Below are positions 38,191-50,776 of a DNA stretch of 64,000 nt, piece after piece; position 1 is the stretch's first letter; each line of letters opens with the position of its first letter. The DNA comes from Callorhinchus milii (lineage: Eukaryota). Position numbers and translations under genes: made by a program. The stretch is from the NCBI RefSeq assembly GCF_018977255.1, contig NW_024704742.1, positions 107,138,001 to 107,202,000 of the forward strand, read 5' to 3'. The notes under the pieces were generated by a model. That model saw nothing but the letters and a program-made list of their open reading frames with translations. It did no database searches and had not been told where the DNA came from.

Positions 38191-39654
38191 CCTCATGGTA
38201 TAAAATGGCACCACAGTAAACAGTCTTTGCTGAGCAGATGATTGGATAGTTAAATTTTTAGTTTACTGCCACCAACAACAATTTGGAGTCATATGCACTT
38301 ATCACCATACCAGAGATTACAGAGTGACAGAATAGTATCGAATGATGCTAAATCTATTTACACTCACCGGGAAATAAAAAAACCCACACCCAAACACACC
38401 TACTAGTTGATTCCAATTAAAATGAAAGTGATCCTAGGTAACCAATGTTAATAAATCATACTGTACCATTGTCTGGTGGTAGCTTGGAGAAGATTTTCCA
38501 ATGAATAATAACAATATTTCTATTTGGTATAGTGCTATTTATTTTGGGAGATGCCTCAAAGTGCTTCACAGGATTTACTGTGAGGTGTAGTGATCGTTTA
38601 CTTTGTAAGCAAACTTGGTTTTCAGACTAAAAGCAATCAGAGAATCACTCCTGACGTTTTTTTTTGTCCAGCACTTCCCCTCCTCTCCTGGGCTCATTCA
38701 TTCCATATGTCTGTCTTTTCAGGTGATGTTATAGATCTCATAGCAAGATTCGAGAGAGAGGGAGATTTCCCTGTTCTTGGCCGACAATGATGCATTGGGA
38801 CATTGCTGTGTACAAATTATGCTGTCACTACACTTTATAGTAAAACCTGTGAAGTGCTTTGAAAAGTCCTCCTGACACTATATCAAATGAAAGGATTATT
38901 ATCATAATTATTATCCTGTGAAGCATTTTGAGACAACCTCCTGATGTGAAAAGAGCTATATCGAATGAAAGCATTATTTATTTATATATGCAGTGATTCA
39001 CCTTACATTCCTTCAAAAAAAGGGTTACGAACAGAGAGGGAGGGGGTCTTATCGAAGTCTTGTGAAAAATTACAGATTTGTCAGAAACACTACAAGATAA
39101 ATTTGGGGCATCTTGCAGTTACACATTGATCAGCAGGAACCAGTTAAAATGTTTATACACAATAAAANGACCCATAAAAAAAATTCTTCTCTCGTTTTTC
39201 TCCTTTGTTCCCAGTTTAGACAAGGATTAGCTTGATTTTGTGAGAGCTCATTTGTTAACACTGTTGCAAAGTCTGCCGCTGGCATGAAGCTTCAATGTTT
39301 ATTTAGACTTTCCCATGGCATGTCCCACTGTACTGTGACCCTGCCTGTGCCATTCTTTCTCCAGTGAGTAACACTTGGCACCTTCCATCATCCTAGTTTA
39401 GCTCGATGACAGAACATGGACCTTTTGACTTATCTATCAATCCTGCTCCATGAATTGTAGTTTGAACCCACAATTTCAAGTCAGTGATTTTGGAATGTGG
39501 TCATACCTCTCAGAGATAAAATATCATTTTTTATGCCTGGTATTCAAAAGAAAAAACTTACCCAAGATCTGCCAAACTGAATAGGCATAGATACTGCCTT
39601 TTCATCTCCAGGTTCTGAGTTTGAATATACCCTGGAATGACGTAATCAACATTG

Positions 39655-39885
39655 TCTCTCTGTTGTCTTTGTACCTCTTTGTAGGTTGTGTTGCTCTATA
39701 TTAGATGTGTATCTCCCTGCTGGCTGTGTCAATCTATGTAGGTTGTATTTCTCTGTGTACAACAACAATTTGCATCTATATAGCCTCACCCGTCACACAG
39801 AGTAGAGTACCTGAGTGCTTGGATGTTTGATGTAGAATGTTTACTTCTCTGTAGGATGTATCTCTCTGTGCAGGATGTGACCCAT
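39655..39885. repeat. Degenerate minisatellite of about 19-20 bp (ctctgtgtaggatgtgtat-like), interrupted by a LINE-tail insert
   Basis: Recurring tgtaggttgt / tgtaggatgt / tgcaggatgt motifs; an (aac)n tail fragment sits at about 39760-39820. Confidence 0.55.
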
Positions 39886-42800
39886 TGTATTTGGGGTATT
39901 CCAATGCAATACATGTGGAGAATTACGACCAAGTTCTAGCCAAGGGCTTACTGGATAAAACTGTCTTTAATTCACTATAACATGACCTCTTTCTCAGAGA
40001 CATTACAGGATAGTCGTGTTGGAAATGATAAAGATTATACTGGTCGCGATGGTAGTCATGGGAAAGGTGCATCTCTGTTGGGGAAGATAAGACAGAGCTT
40101 TACTTTGTGTCACGCGTAGTTCATGCAAAGGGAAAGCGTCTATTTCCCAGCATGAACATCCTTGACTTTTTATGAATACAAAATTCACCAAAATAAAAGT
40201 TAAAAGAAAGAATTGTTGAAACTCACCCACTGACTGACAGCAATGCAGAGATTTGAACTTGCGACCTTGTTAAGTGCTCAACTGCATGAGCTATCAGCCC
40301 ACCCTTGAGAAACCTGTTGAATGCAAAGCTTTCTCTTATTCTTGGGAGGCCACAGAAGAAACATTCCTCAGATCACCACGTGATTGCTTTCCATCCAACC
40401 ATGTACAACATGCTAATTCCAACCAACTTATAAATACATCATAAGATCTAAACATTCTCTGACTTTGTGTTGTATAATAATATATCAGTGACAGTTTTTT
40501 TAAAAAAGGTGATTTCCTGGGCATCGCTCCAGAATACTGTGAAGCCATCATTTTGATACAAGTCAGTCACTGCTAGAACAGTCAGCTCGTTTCAAATATA
40601 TATCACAGGGATACTTGTTGAGAGATTGAGAGTTAATTGCTGAGATAGTGGGGAGAGGATAGGATAGCCAATACCATTTCACAACTAGAACCCCAATAAC
40701 ACTGCTGATCAAAACCAGATGAAGTTAGTGTTCAATAAGACTGTAACAAAAAACAAATCGGTTTATTTAGAGTTCATTAAAATGCCAAGCATTTTGAATT
40801 TTGTTTGAATTTTGTTTTTTTAATGCTTTTACAATTGAAGTGGCTTTCTGTTGAAGATTGGTTTATTGAGAATTGTAATGGAGGATATTTGCTGTTAGAA
40901 TACCATAGAGATTGAGAAGAGTGGCAGAGTCCATGAGCTATGTCAAGTTATGTTGGGAGAAAAGGATGACTGGGGAGGTAAGGAATCCCATGCTCTTGAG
41001 GGAAAGGATGTCTCAGTTGGCAGCACTCTCACCTCTGGGTCAACAGGTTCTGAGGTTCAGGCCCACATCTGGCGAATACTCCAGTGCAGTTCTGAGGGAG
41101 GTACTATAGTTTGGATGAGGTCCTATCTGCGCGCAAGACATTAAAGATCCCATCACAAAAAATGCATTGTTTGGTCAGCTGGGTGTTGACACGCCAGAAA
41201 CCCATTACAATTAATCCATGCTTAAGAGGTATATCACCTACACATAGAAATGTTACTATGTCTGGAATGGAATGCACATTCTCTCGTTGGAGGATGCACC
41301 CTGATTACCTAATTCAGAGTATTAGGCAGGGGTTGGAGAGAGCCTATGCTTGGGGGCCACATCAGCAAGTGAATCTCCCGGGTGCCGTAACCAGTCACTT
41401 TACCCATCAGCAGGCGACACCTCCTTCCCCCTCCCCCCCCGGGTAACGTAACACCAGACGGATTTTAATTCCTCACATTCATCCAGTAGTTATCAAAGGT
41501 AAACTCTTTACTTATTGATGCCTCATTAATATTAATGGGAAGTCTTCAGTCACTGACATTGTTATCAGCCACTGCACTTTTTAAGTATATTAATTAATAG
41601 CTGAAATAAAATATGCATAGATTATAACTGTTTGGATTTAAATTAACATAATTAGAAACCTTTTGAACAGATTTAGCTAAATTCCAGTAAAGAGCGTCAG
41701 ACAATAAAAACTTAGAAAATGAAGTAACATTCTCAGATTGTTCGAATTTTAGCGAATGCCTTTTTGTAACAGAGAGCTATGAAATATTGTGAAAGCGAAA
41801 CATCAGTTATATTTATTAAAGCATAAGAAAAATACGACTGTGAAAGGTTGACAAACTGCAGATTAAATTCTTATCTCATGGAGAGATTTACAGGCTCAGA
41901 GAACCTTTTTTTATCCTGACGTCTATTCAGATGGATTTAAACCTTTAGGCTGTCATGCTTAGTTGGACCCAGCTTTGCCAAGTGTAACTAAGTACCCATA
42001 AAATATGCAGTCACTCCACTTCACAGGACATTGTGGGTTCAAACCTTACACTGGACCTTGAAACTCATATACTGGCATTCCAGTGCAGTGTTGGAGGTGT
42101 GTTTCATTGTTGGAGGTGATGCTTTTTGGATGAGATGTTATATCAAATGCAAGGATTATTATTAGTATTAAACCAGATACCATCTGCCTGCCCAGATGGA
42201 TGTTAAAGATTCCATGACACAAAGTCGAAAAGAGAAGCGAGTTTTTCCTGATGTCCTGCCCAACAATTGGTCACTCCCTCCATGGCTGTTTGCTCGACAT
42301 AAACTTTCAAGTTTATCCTGTGAAGTGCTTTGAGACGTCTCGACAAAGTGTTAGGGAACTATATCAAATGCAAGGATTATTATTAGGATTATAATAAAGT
42401 GGAAGGAGCAAGGTCTAAATTGCAACATTCATAAACTGAATTTCATGGGAATTACTGTAAAGTGTAATTACTGGTATTATGTTAACAAATGTAGCAGTCA
42501 ATTGCACAGAACAATGTCTCACAAACATCCATTAACTGAGTGACCAATTTTATCCAGCAGTTGGTGGTCAGGACACCAGGAGAAACTTCCATCTCTAATA
42601 ATAATAATCTTTACATTTGGTAGAGCGTCTTTCACTTTCACATCTCAGAGTCTCTTTTCAGTTACAAAAACAACTTCTTTCTACACAATTACAAACATGC
42701 ATTGATTTCTGAGCAGAGAATGTATTATGTTGCGGTAATGTTTCAGGAAGGATGATGGCTTGTCAAGCAAAATGACATGTTTGGCCACAAAATTATGTTT

Positions 42801-43193
42801 ATTGCATTTCCTAGCATCTGATGGTTAGCATTTGGTTTTCTGAGAAAATATAATTAGAAAAATCAAGATTCGATTAATCCTTTAATCGTGCCCTGAACAT
42901 CTAATCTTTTCTTTCTACCCAAGCAAATGTTTCTGCTTCCTAATGTAGCATAAATTCACAGAAATACTTTTTGCATCAAAGGAAAAACTTGCTCAGATCT
43001 CTGGAAATACTTGATGGTGTAGCGCCATCTATTGGCCCGAGTCTTTCAATGCAGTTCATCTTCCTGAATGCTGAGGGTTTTTTTATTGTGAATATGATAC
43101 ATAGACTGCCTGCCTGCTGCTGTTTGACAAGAACTGGTTTAACTATATTTTTTCTCCCCCGTGTTATAAATAATATTTTCTGTTCATTTTCAG

Positions 43194-43358
43194 GAATACC
43201 GCAAGTAACCAAACAGCTTCTGACGAATCCAGTCTTCACCTGTGTGGTGTTGTCTGCCTGCATGGAGGTTGCAGCTATAAGTGGGTTTGCTGCCTTCTTG
43301 GGCAAGTACTTGGAAAGGCAGTTTGGTCTTAGCGCATCGTATGCCAACCAGTTCATAG
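43194..43358 (+). CDS. SLCO3A1: SLCO3A-family exon 5 equivalent (165 nt)
   Basis: ttttcag acceptor, gtaaga donor. Encodes GIPQVTKQLLTNPVFTCVVLSACMEVAAISGFAAFLGKYLERQFGLSASYANQFI; phase 1/1. Confidence 0.95.
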
Positions 43359-46160
43359 GTAAGAGAACCGTGACTTGCTTGATTTCTATTTATGTTCTCA
43401 AATTCAGCAATATTAATACAGTTGCACTCCTGGCTTGTGCCTTTTCAAAAATGGCAATCTGTCTCATACTTGCATTCCCTTTAGCTATGTGAAAACATCT
43501 TTTGGCGTGCAAGTCTGGAATGAGCAGATACAGTGATTTCAAATGAAATGATTGTTGTCAATCTTTCCTTCTTAATGTGCAGTGCTGCACTGCTTTTACC
43601 CAAGGCTCTATCTGAAGATAGCTCACTGTTACCAGTCCAGTATTTTGGTACATTTGGACTGTACTTTAAGACTACCTTAAACCATGTCCCAAAACTGGTT
43701 GCCAGGTTTGCCCACAAAAAAATCCACACAGTCACTCCACTTTACATTATATCCTGTGAAGCACTTCTGAGATCTCCTCCTGACTTGAAAGGTGCTATAC
43801 CAAATGCAAGGATTATTATTATTATGGGGCTTGAATCCACAACCTTCCAACTCAGAGGCAAGAACCACAATAATTTACAGCATAGAAAAAGGCCATTCGG
43901 GCTGCCAATTGAGGGAGGCTGACACATGTGGTCTTTGAAAACTGAAAGTTGCTGTGCTGATTGTTGTGTCAAGCTTATGACTGAAATTGTAGCACTCAAA
44001 ACCATACATACTAAAACAAATCATTATTTCAAACGAAGCCTCTTGTTTATATGTCTGACTAACTCATTCCGAACTTGAATTCCGAAAGATCTGACATACA
44101 TAGGGACATACTAAATTGACTGGAAATATGTAAGGGTTTTTCTCTTTCATTCACTATGGGTTTCTGCATGTGAACTGGTCGGTAGTTTGGTTGTTTGCAA
44201 TACAGCTTCCTTAGAGCCATGCAAGTTATTGAGGGAAGTGGCTAGATATATAATAACAATAATAATCCTTGCATTTGATATAGTGCCTTATCATATTTTC
44301 AAAACGTCTCAAAGCGCTTCACAAAATATACTGTAAAGTGAATTAGTGAATTGATGTAAGTTGAGGTATGGGGATAAGACAGGGTGGTGGGAATGTATGA
44401 ACAGCTTCCTCTGAGACTTGAGGCAGACTCCATGGGCTGAATAGCCTCTACTGTGCCATAATTTTCCATGATTCTATGCTTTCTTTATGAAAAGTGGGAT
44501 CTAAAATGTGCGATTCACAGGTGTATTAAATGCGACTTCTGTTCTGGGACTGAAGATGCATGATTGGCAATTAAATGTGCTCAAAAAAATTGTGATCCCA
44601 GAACAACATCAACAACAACAGCTTGCATTTACATGGTCCCCTTCTTGCAAGGAAGAGTTTTGAAGCACTTAACAATGGCATAGATCGATGCTACTCTGCA
44701 TATCAGTAATAAATTCTGAATAGGTTACTGACAGACCACTAAATTCAAACTTTCCAATGTGTTTCAAAATTTATTCCTAAAATATCCCAGTGATAATTAA
44801 CCATTGTGTTTTTATCCACACAAGCTCATGTTAGTCTCCTAATCATCAGTCAGCAGCAGGAAACGACTGCTGTACATTCAAACAGCTTTCCTGTGTGGGT
44901 GGAATTGTGAAGACAACTCAGTGTCAGGAACAGATTTTGCGAAGTGCTTTGTGTATTCACACACAAGTTGTTCGGATCCTGGAATTTCCCTTTAATCTAA
45001 AATAAAACAATGCAGCTCCTTGAAAGTTTTCCCACTACTTTCCCCTCTCCCCAGACCACCTTATACTAAATTCTGCTGTTACTGTATTTCCTCTCTAAGC
45101 AGTTACTCAATCTCCTCCATCCCTGGGCCAACTAGTTCTCCATTTGCAAATTACATGTTCCGTGCTGTAATCATTCTATTATTAAATTAAACTATTCGAA
45201 CATGAGGAGTAGATTTATTTTACTGCAATATTAACACTAAATTAAAATCATATTTAATAATGATAATATGCTGTACCTTACTTCACCCTACAAAATACAC
45301 AGTCACTACACTTTATAGTGAAGCACTTTGAGAAGTCCTCCCATAGTTCAAGATGTCATATCAAATGCAAGGGTTACTACTATCATTATTATTATGTATT
45401 TTGCCATCTGTTTCCTCCTATTCTTTCTTTATCTTCTCTGTCTGGTTTTTATTTTCAACTTTAATACTACTTTCATAATATACCCCCATCATACTTTTTC
45501 TAACTGCCTTTTACTTTGAAACATGACTTGCACATTTAATTAGAACAGAACAATTTATTTTTTAATCAATGGTTCCTGTTGTCTGAAAACTGATGTTAAA
45601 AGGTCAAACTTTAAGATTTGAGACATTATAGACGCAATCTTGTCACTCCATACGAAACAAGAATAACAATTTACATTTGTATACCACCTTTCACGTCAGG
45701 AGGATGCCTCCAAATGCTTCACACAGCTGACTGGGAGCCCGAGCTGAGGGGAAGGGAAGAGCTTAATGTATAAAAATGTATCAGAATGGGCAAGAGACCT
45801 GCCATTAAATATACCGGGGGACAATGCCCCCAACAGTACCTGAACACTTAAGGTGGACATTCTGCTTGGAAGTTTGAGAGCTACTCACCTTTGAATAAAA
45901 CAAAGTATAGCTGATCATTTTTTCAGACTATCTTTACATAATTTTTGATAAATGGCTCAGGAAACAAATACCAGATATCTGGTGTGCAAAGTTCCCTTCC
46001 ATTCTCCAGCAACTGTGTCTGCCTAATTCCCGCAGACAGCAAATGGGCCCCAATGCAACTGGGAACCTGATGATTGCTTTTACCAAAGGCCTTTCAAACA
46101 TAGAGTTTTTCTGAATAGTAGGTTATAGACAGAGCTTCACAATGAAAAGTATTAAAAGTT

Positions 46161-46415
46161 CAGGGTGTCCACAAAGTCCTCTTATCCCCATGTTACAAAA
46201 CAGCTGTATGAGACTAAGGAAGAGCTGAAACAAGCTGTCAGAGATGCATTTCTCCTCGTCACTCCATCCATGTAATGGAAGATGTCACACTGAACATGGC
46301 AACAGATCATTATCTGCCATGAAAATGTTGGCGTTCGCACCAATCCATATGTTTAAGTTGTAGTGCAATGTAGGAAAAAATAACATGGGAGTAACAAGAT
46401 TTTGTGGACACCCTG
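46161..46415 (+). mobile_element. Internally deleted Tc1/mariner-superfamily transposon
   Basis: TIRs of about 35 bp (cagggtgtccacaaagtcctcttatccccatgtta / taacatgggagtaacaagattttgtggacaccctg), TA on the right and TT on the left. Interior reads YETKEELKQAVRDAFLLVTPSM*WKMSH*TWQQIIICHENVG, resembling a transposase C-terminus. Confidence 0.85.
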
Positions 46416-46614
46416 TACTGGGATTTCAGTTTCCTTGCACAGAAGAATCTCAGATACTTTGTTTTCTAAACCAGAGCAAGTGAGGACTGCACCCACACCC
46501 TAGTTTCCTCGATGTTCGGTAAATATTTGAGTGGGTGCCAAGTTCCTATTGTGCGGTTCTTATTTAACAGGAGAATGGATGCTAATGCCAATTTCAACAT
46601 GTTTCCCTTGCTAG

Positions 46615-46813
46615 GAGTCACAGCTGTTCCTTGTGTGTGCCTCGGAATTTTTCTGGGTGGCTTTGTGCTGAAGAAGATGAGCCTCACTCCACTGGGAGCC
46701 ATTAAAATGACCATGACTGTAAACCTGCTATCGACCACCACATATGTTTTGCTGCTGTTCCTGGGTTGTGACACAGGGCCAGTAGCTGGTGCAACAATCG
46801 GCTACATGAATGG
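46615..46813 (+). CDS. SLCO3A1: SLCO3A-family exon 6 equivalent (199 nt)
   Basis: tttcccttgctag acceptor, gtaaga donor. Encodes GVTAVPCVCLGIFLGGFVLKKMSLTPLGAIKMTMTVNLLSTTTYVLLLFLGCDTGPVAGATIGYMN; phase 1/2. Confidence 0.95.
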
Positions 46814-47670
46814 GTAAGAGGCACATGTTCTCACTGAGGGTGCAGTTTGTGGTATTTTGTAATAGAATTCCTTCAGAAGGAAATTGAGTTGCGCAAATAG
46901 TAACAATAATAATAATAATCCTTGCATTTGGTATTGAACCTTCACATCAGGAGGACATCCCAAAGCGCTTCACAGGATATACAGTAAAGTTCAGTCACTG
47001 TCTATTTGTAGGCGAATGTGACAACCTATTTGCGCACTGCAATGTCCGACAAACAGCCACAAAGTGAATGACCACTTTTATTTGGGGGGCGGGATTTGCT
47101 TCCAGTAACCAATCGTATATCACAACAAACCACGGGCACTCCACTCCGACGCAGTCTACAGGAGTTGACGAAGATTTTTCCTTATTAAGGAATCCCATTA
47201 AAGAAATGCCACAATTTAAGCTCCACTGTCACATGCTTTCGTGTTTATTTTATTTGTGCTCAGCGATGATTCATCTCTGGCGCCAACTAAAGTGGCTGCA
47301 GACTCCAAATGATTTCAGCTGTTTGTTCCCTTCTATTTTTGATGCAGAAGGAAAATTCAAGGTAATGCTCGGAGCCCTCCACAAATATTTGTTCCGAGCA
47401 CTTCAGCTGAGTGTAGAAGGGAGCAAACATTCAAAATGTATGTTTTCCATTTGCTGACAGAGGCTGATTACCACAACTGAGCCACTGCTCGCAGCCCATG
47501 TCAACAGAACTTCAGTGGGCGCTTTGAAAATGAGCTTTGAAAACTGTTACCCCTGATAACAGTGACAAAACTGTCATCGCTATGGCCTCTCTTTCTCTTT
47601 TTCTCTCCGACAATGCTCCCCTCCTTACTAAACAGAATACAAGAGACAGCTTGCTGGGAGTTACAACTAA

Positions 47671-47974
47671 GGAGTCCTGTAGCTCAGTGGTTAGAGCACT
47701 CGCCTCGCAAGCGAAAGGATGGTTTGGTTCCCGGCAGGGCGAAACCTTGGGCAAGTTTCCTTACTCCACACACCTGCTAATTATCCCTCAAGAAAATAAT
47801 AATAATAATTTGGTCACTCAATGCACGACTGTTTGCGGGACACTGTAGTGCGCAATTGGCTGCCAAGTTTTGTCTACAAGTATACAGTCGATTCACTTTA
47901 CAGTAGATTCTGTGAAGCCATTTGAGATGTCTTGAAGACGTGAAAAGCACTGTATTAAATGCAAGGATTATTAT
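47671..47974 (+). mobile_element. Full-length family A SINE
   Basis: Colinear with and highly similar to 5912-6218. Confidence 0.9.
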
Positions 47975-47999
47975 AACATTTATTATAACTCTAAAAGTC

Positions 48000-48250
48000 A
48001 ACAACAACAAATTACGTTTGTATAGTGCCTTTCACGTCGGGAGGGTATCCCAAGGTGCTGGACAGTCAAGGATTTTCACTCGAGCTGGGAATTGGGATCA
48101 GGAGGGGTAGAGGGTAGGGAGTTTGGTGATTAGGAGGGTGACCGATGGCACGGTCGAAGAGGAGGGTCTTGAAACGGGCCTTGAAGGAGGCAAGGGAGGA
48201 ATCAAAAAGAAGAACTGTGGGATGGAGTTCCAAAGGGTGGAGTCCAGCTG
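48000..48250 (-). mobile_element. L2 LINE 3' end, antisense
   Basis: (aac)n tail, tttcacgtcgggagg stem-loop region and minus-strand SLASFKARFKTLLFDRAIGH. Same family as 31503-32487; another 3' end lies at about 58320-58527 (+). Confidence 0.85.
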
Positions 48251-49495
48251 GAATTTCACGGCTTAGCACTGAAATGCTGGGATCCTTGTGACGATAGGTT
48301 CAAAGATGCCACTGGCCGAAAAGGATTTTGCACGGAATCGTTTGAAGAAAATCTGGGTGGGGGAGGTGGGCAGATGTTCCCCCATGGCAGGTATTAATGG
48401 GACACCTCAAGGAAACCCTTAAAGTAGTAATTATCACATCAGTCATATCACATACTGTACTTTCCCCCCAGCAATAACTGCCGCAGAAACAGAAAGTGAA
48501 CAACGCAGGTACTGACATGTCCTTTCTACCTTTACGTTTTGCCCACAAAATATACAGTCAATTCACTTTACAATAGATTCTGTGAAGCGCTTTGAGATGT
48601 CTCAACGACGTGATAAGGCGCTATATCAAATGCAAGGATTATTATTATTATTATACTCCTCGGGCTTGCTCAACTGCTTCATGTCTCATCCCAAGAGGAA
48701 CCATGCTTAATATTACTAACACTGGCAGATATTTTTCTAAGGGCTCAGTGACTTTCTGCTGCTGAAATCCTGTGGGCTCTGAATAGTGCCTTACCTGAAT
48801 AGTGATCTTCATAGTGTAAGTGGAGCTTCCCACTTTGAATTTTCAGCTGTGTATTGAGAGAAAGGTTTCCACTGAACACAAGGACAGAACACATGTTCAG
48901 GCCCAGCAATAGGGGACTTCAATTCCAACTTCTCACTTCAATTCGTTACTTGCACAAAATGCAGTAAATTTCAAGTAGGTTTTTTCAGTAGCTTTTTGAA
49001 GCTGTGCACTTGTAACACTTCGCTAAGCAAACTGAAAATTTGCTTCAGTTGCATGTTTTTGCTTTGCCTTTGGGTTCATACCAAATACCACACCATCCTC
49101 CAAATTGTGGATTTCAGGCCTGTGTTTGCATTGATCCCTGTTCTTAGATATTACTGGGATCAGTGAGCCGGGTTCATGTTGGGATCTGAACATGTATTCA
49201 GTGAAAGCCTTTCTTTCTGTGCTACAAAGCCAATTACTGATAATCTGTCACTTTAACAAATGAATTGCAGATAGCGCAATCCATGAAAGTCAAGCATACT
49301 GTCACAAAGTTTACAGTGTAAGAGCTGGTCTTGCATATGGGTAGAGAAAACAACTGACCTGAGTGTAAAACTCCCATTGCTTTAAACAGGTCAGAACATT
49401 GTGGTTGTCTTTATGCAGTGTTTACCAATTGCTGCTGAAACCTGCGATGTTCATGTAGCAATAATACTTAATTAATTTGTTTTTTTTCCTCTTAG

Positions 49496-49634
49496 TTCTT
49501 TTGATGGGCTCAAAAGGAATCTGACTGTACAATGCAATGAGGATTGTGGGTGTACAAAGAACACCTTCAACCCAGTCTGCGGATCCGATGGCATCACCTA
49601 TCTGTCTCCATGCTTTGCGGGATGCACTGACAAG
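49496..49634 (+). CDS. SLCO3A1: SLCO3A-family exon 7 equivalent (139 nt), Kazal-like extracellular loop
   Basis: Absent from the ORF track; read by hand. ttttttttcctcttag acceptor, gtgagg donor. Encodes (G)SFDGLKRNLTVQCNEDCGCTKNTFNPVCGSDGITYLSPCFAGCTDK with the OATP Kazal-like PVCGxDGxTYxSPCxAGC motif; phase 2/0. Confidence 0.95.
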
Positions 49635-50227
49635 GTGAGGAAAAGCTCAATGGTTGTCTTGTGTCTGGGGATTAGTTTGTTCTTGTGTTTTAAACATGTA
49701 AAGAAGTTCCCTCCTTATAGATCAGGTGAGCTTAGAAGAGTAACAATGGTAGAATAAGCGATGATTCTCCAATACTATAACACTGTACAAGTCACTCTGT
49801 TCTGGGTTTTTTTGGCAGTCATTAACATTGGCTTTGATGTTGAGATACATGATATTATCGCTTGTGAAATGATCACATCAACTAAGACACATCAAGTCTG
49901 GTTCAACAAAAGCAGGACACTTCTGTGGAGACCACATTTAGATTACTTGCATTTATGTAGCACTCTTCACACAGGATAGTATTTCCAAACACTATACAAA
50001 GGCAGGTGTTGTATACAAAGCAATGTCCGGTTCCAGAGCCAGGCAGGTCCAGAGAATTCCAGGGCACTGGCACAACCAGTCTGGCTCAGCCAACCTGCAC
50101 CTAATACTTTCTAGATTCAGGTAATCAGGATGTGTTCCTCCAGGGAGAGAGTGAGTGTTCCATTCCAACAATCTATCTCTTAGAATTTCCCTGCAAGGTG
50201 AGATGTAAGGAATTCTCAGTTTGGTTT

Positions 50228-50370
50228 GGAGTCCTGTAGCTCAGTGGTTAGAGCACTCGCCTCGCAAGCGAGAGACCTGGATTTGATTCCCAGCAGGGTG
50301 AAACCTTGGGCAAGTTTCCTTACTCCACATGCCTGATAATAATCTCTCAAGAAAAATAAAATAAAATTTG
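50228..50370 (+). mobile_element. Family A SINE 5' part (tRNA-like head)
   Basis: ggagtcctgtagctcagtggttagagcactcgcctcgcaagcgagagacc...ccttgggcaagtttccttactccac; the body stops after about 140 bp. Confidence 0.85.
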
Positions 50371-50434
50371 TGAAGTACATTATTGGGGTGAATTTTGCAG
50401 TGTTTCTTAACTTATTCACAATCAAAAAGCACAA

Positions 50435-50776
50435 TCAAAAAGGAAGGTCTTTAGGCACGATTTGAATGTGGGGGCAAGGCGGAGGGATTGTGGGAGAGAG
50501 GTCCAGAGTTTCGGGGCATAGTGGCCAACGATGGTGGAATGGAGGGCATGAGGGACAAATAGGAGGCCGGAGCCAGGCGAGCGGAGGCAGCGGGTGGTGA
50601 GTGGGTAGTAAGCAGGAAGAGAGGTGCGCGGAAATTAAGTGATTTGAAAACGAGTGAGAGGATCTTGAAATCAATCCGTTCGGTGATTAGGAGTCAGTGG
50701 AGCCTGGCAAGAACTGGTGTAATGGGGGTACAGAGTTTTGTACGGGTCAATATCCGAGCGTCGGAGTTTGGAATTG
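50435..50776 (-). mobile_element. L2 LINE ORF2 C-terminal fragment, antisense
   Basis: Reverse complement resembles 9201-9452 (FKILSLVFKS...HYAPKLW..L...FKSCLKTFLFD). A 13-bp tandem duplication cacaatcaaaaag lies at its end (50417-50442). Confidence 0.8.

Noticed and set aside
39168..39168. Ambiguous base n (another at 56923)
   Set aside because: Single-base assembly ambiguity with no biological meaning; local continuity could be checked with reads.
46561..46614. Alternative upstream acceptor tatttaacag for exon 6
   Set aside because: It would add 44 nt and shift the frame. The acceptor ending at 46614 gives the in-frame 199-nt exon.
50228..50300. tRNA-Ala/Val-like cloverleaf (also 5912 and 47671)
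   Set aside because: Each copy runs into the same SINE body, has mutated T-loop or stems and differs in anticodon between copies. These are SINE heads, not tRNA genes.
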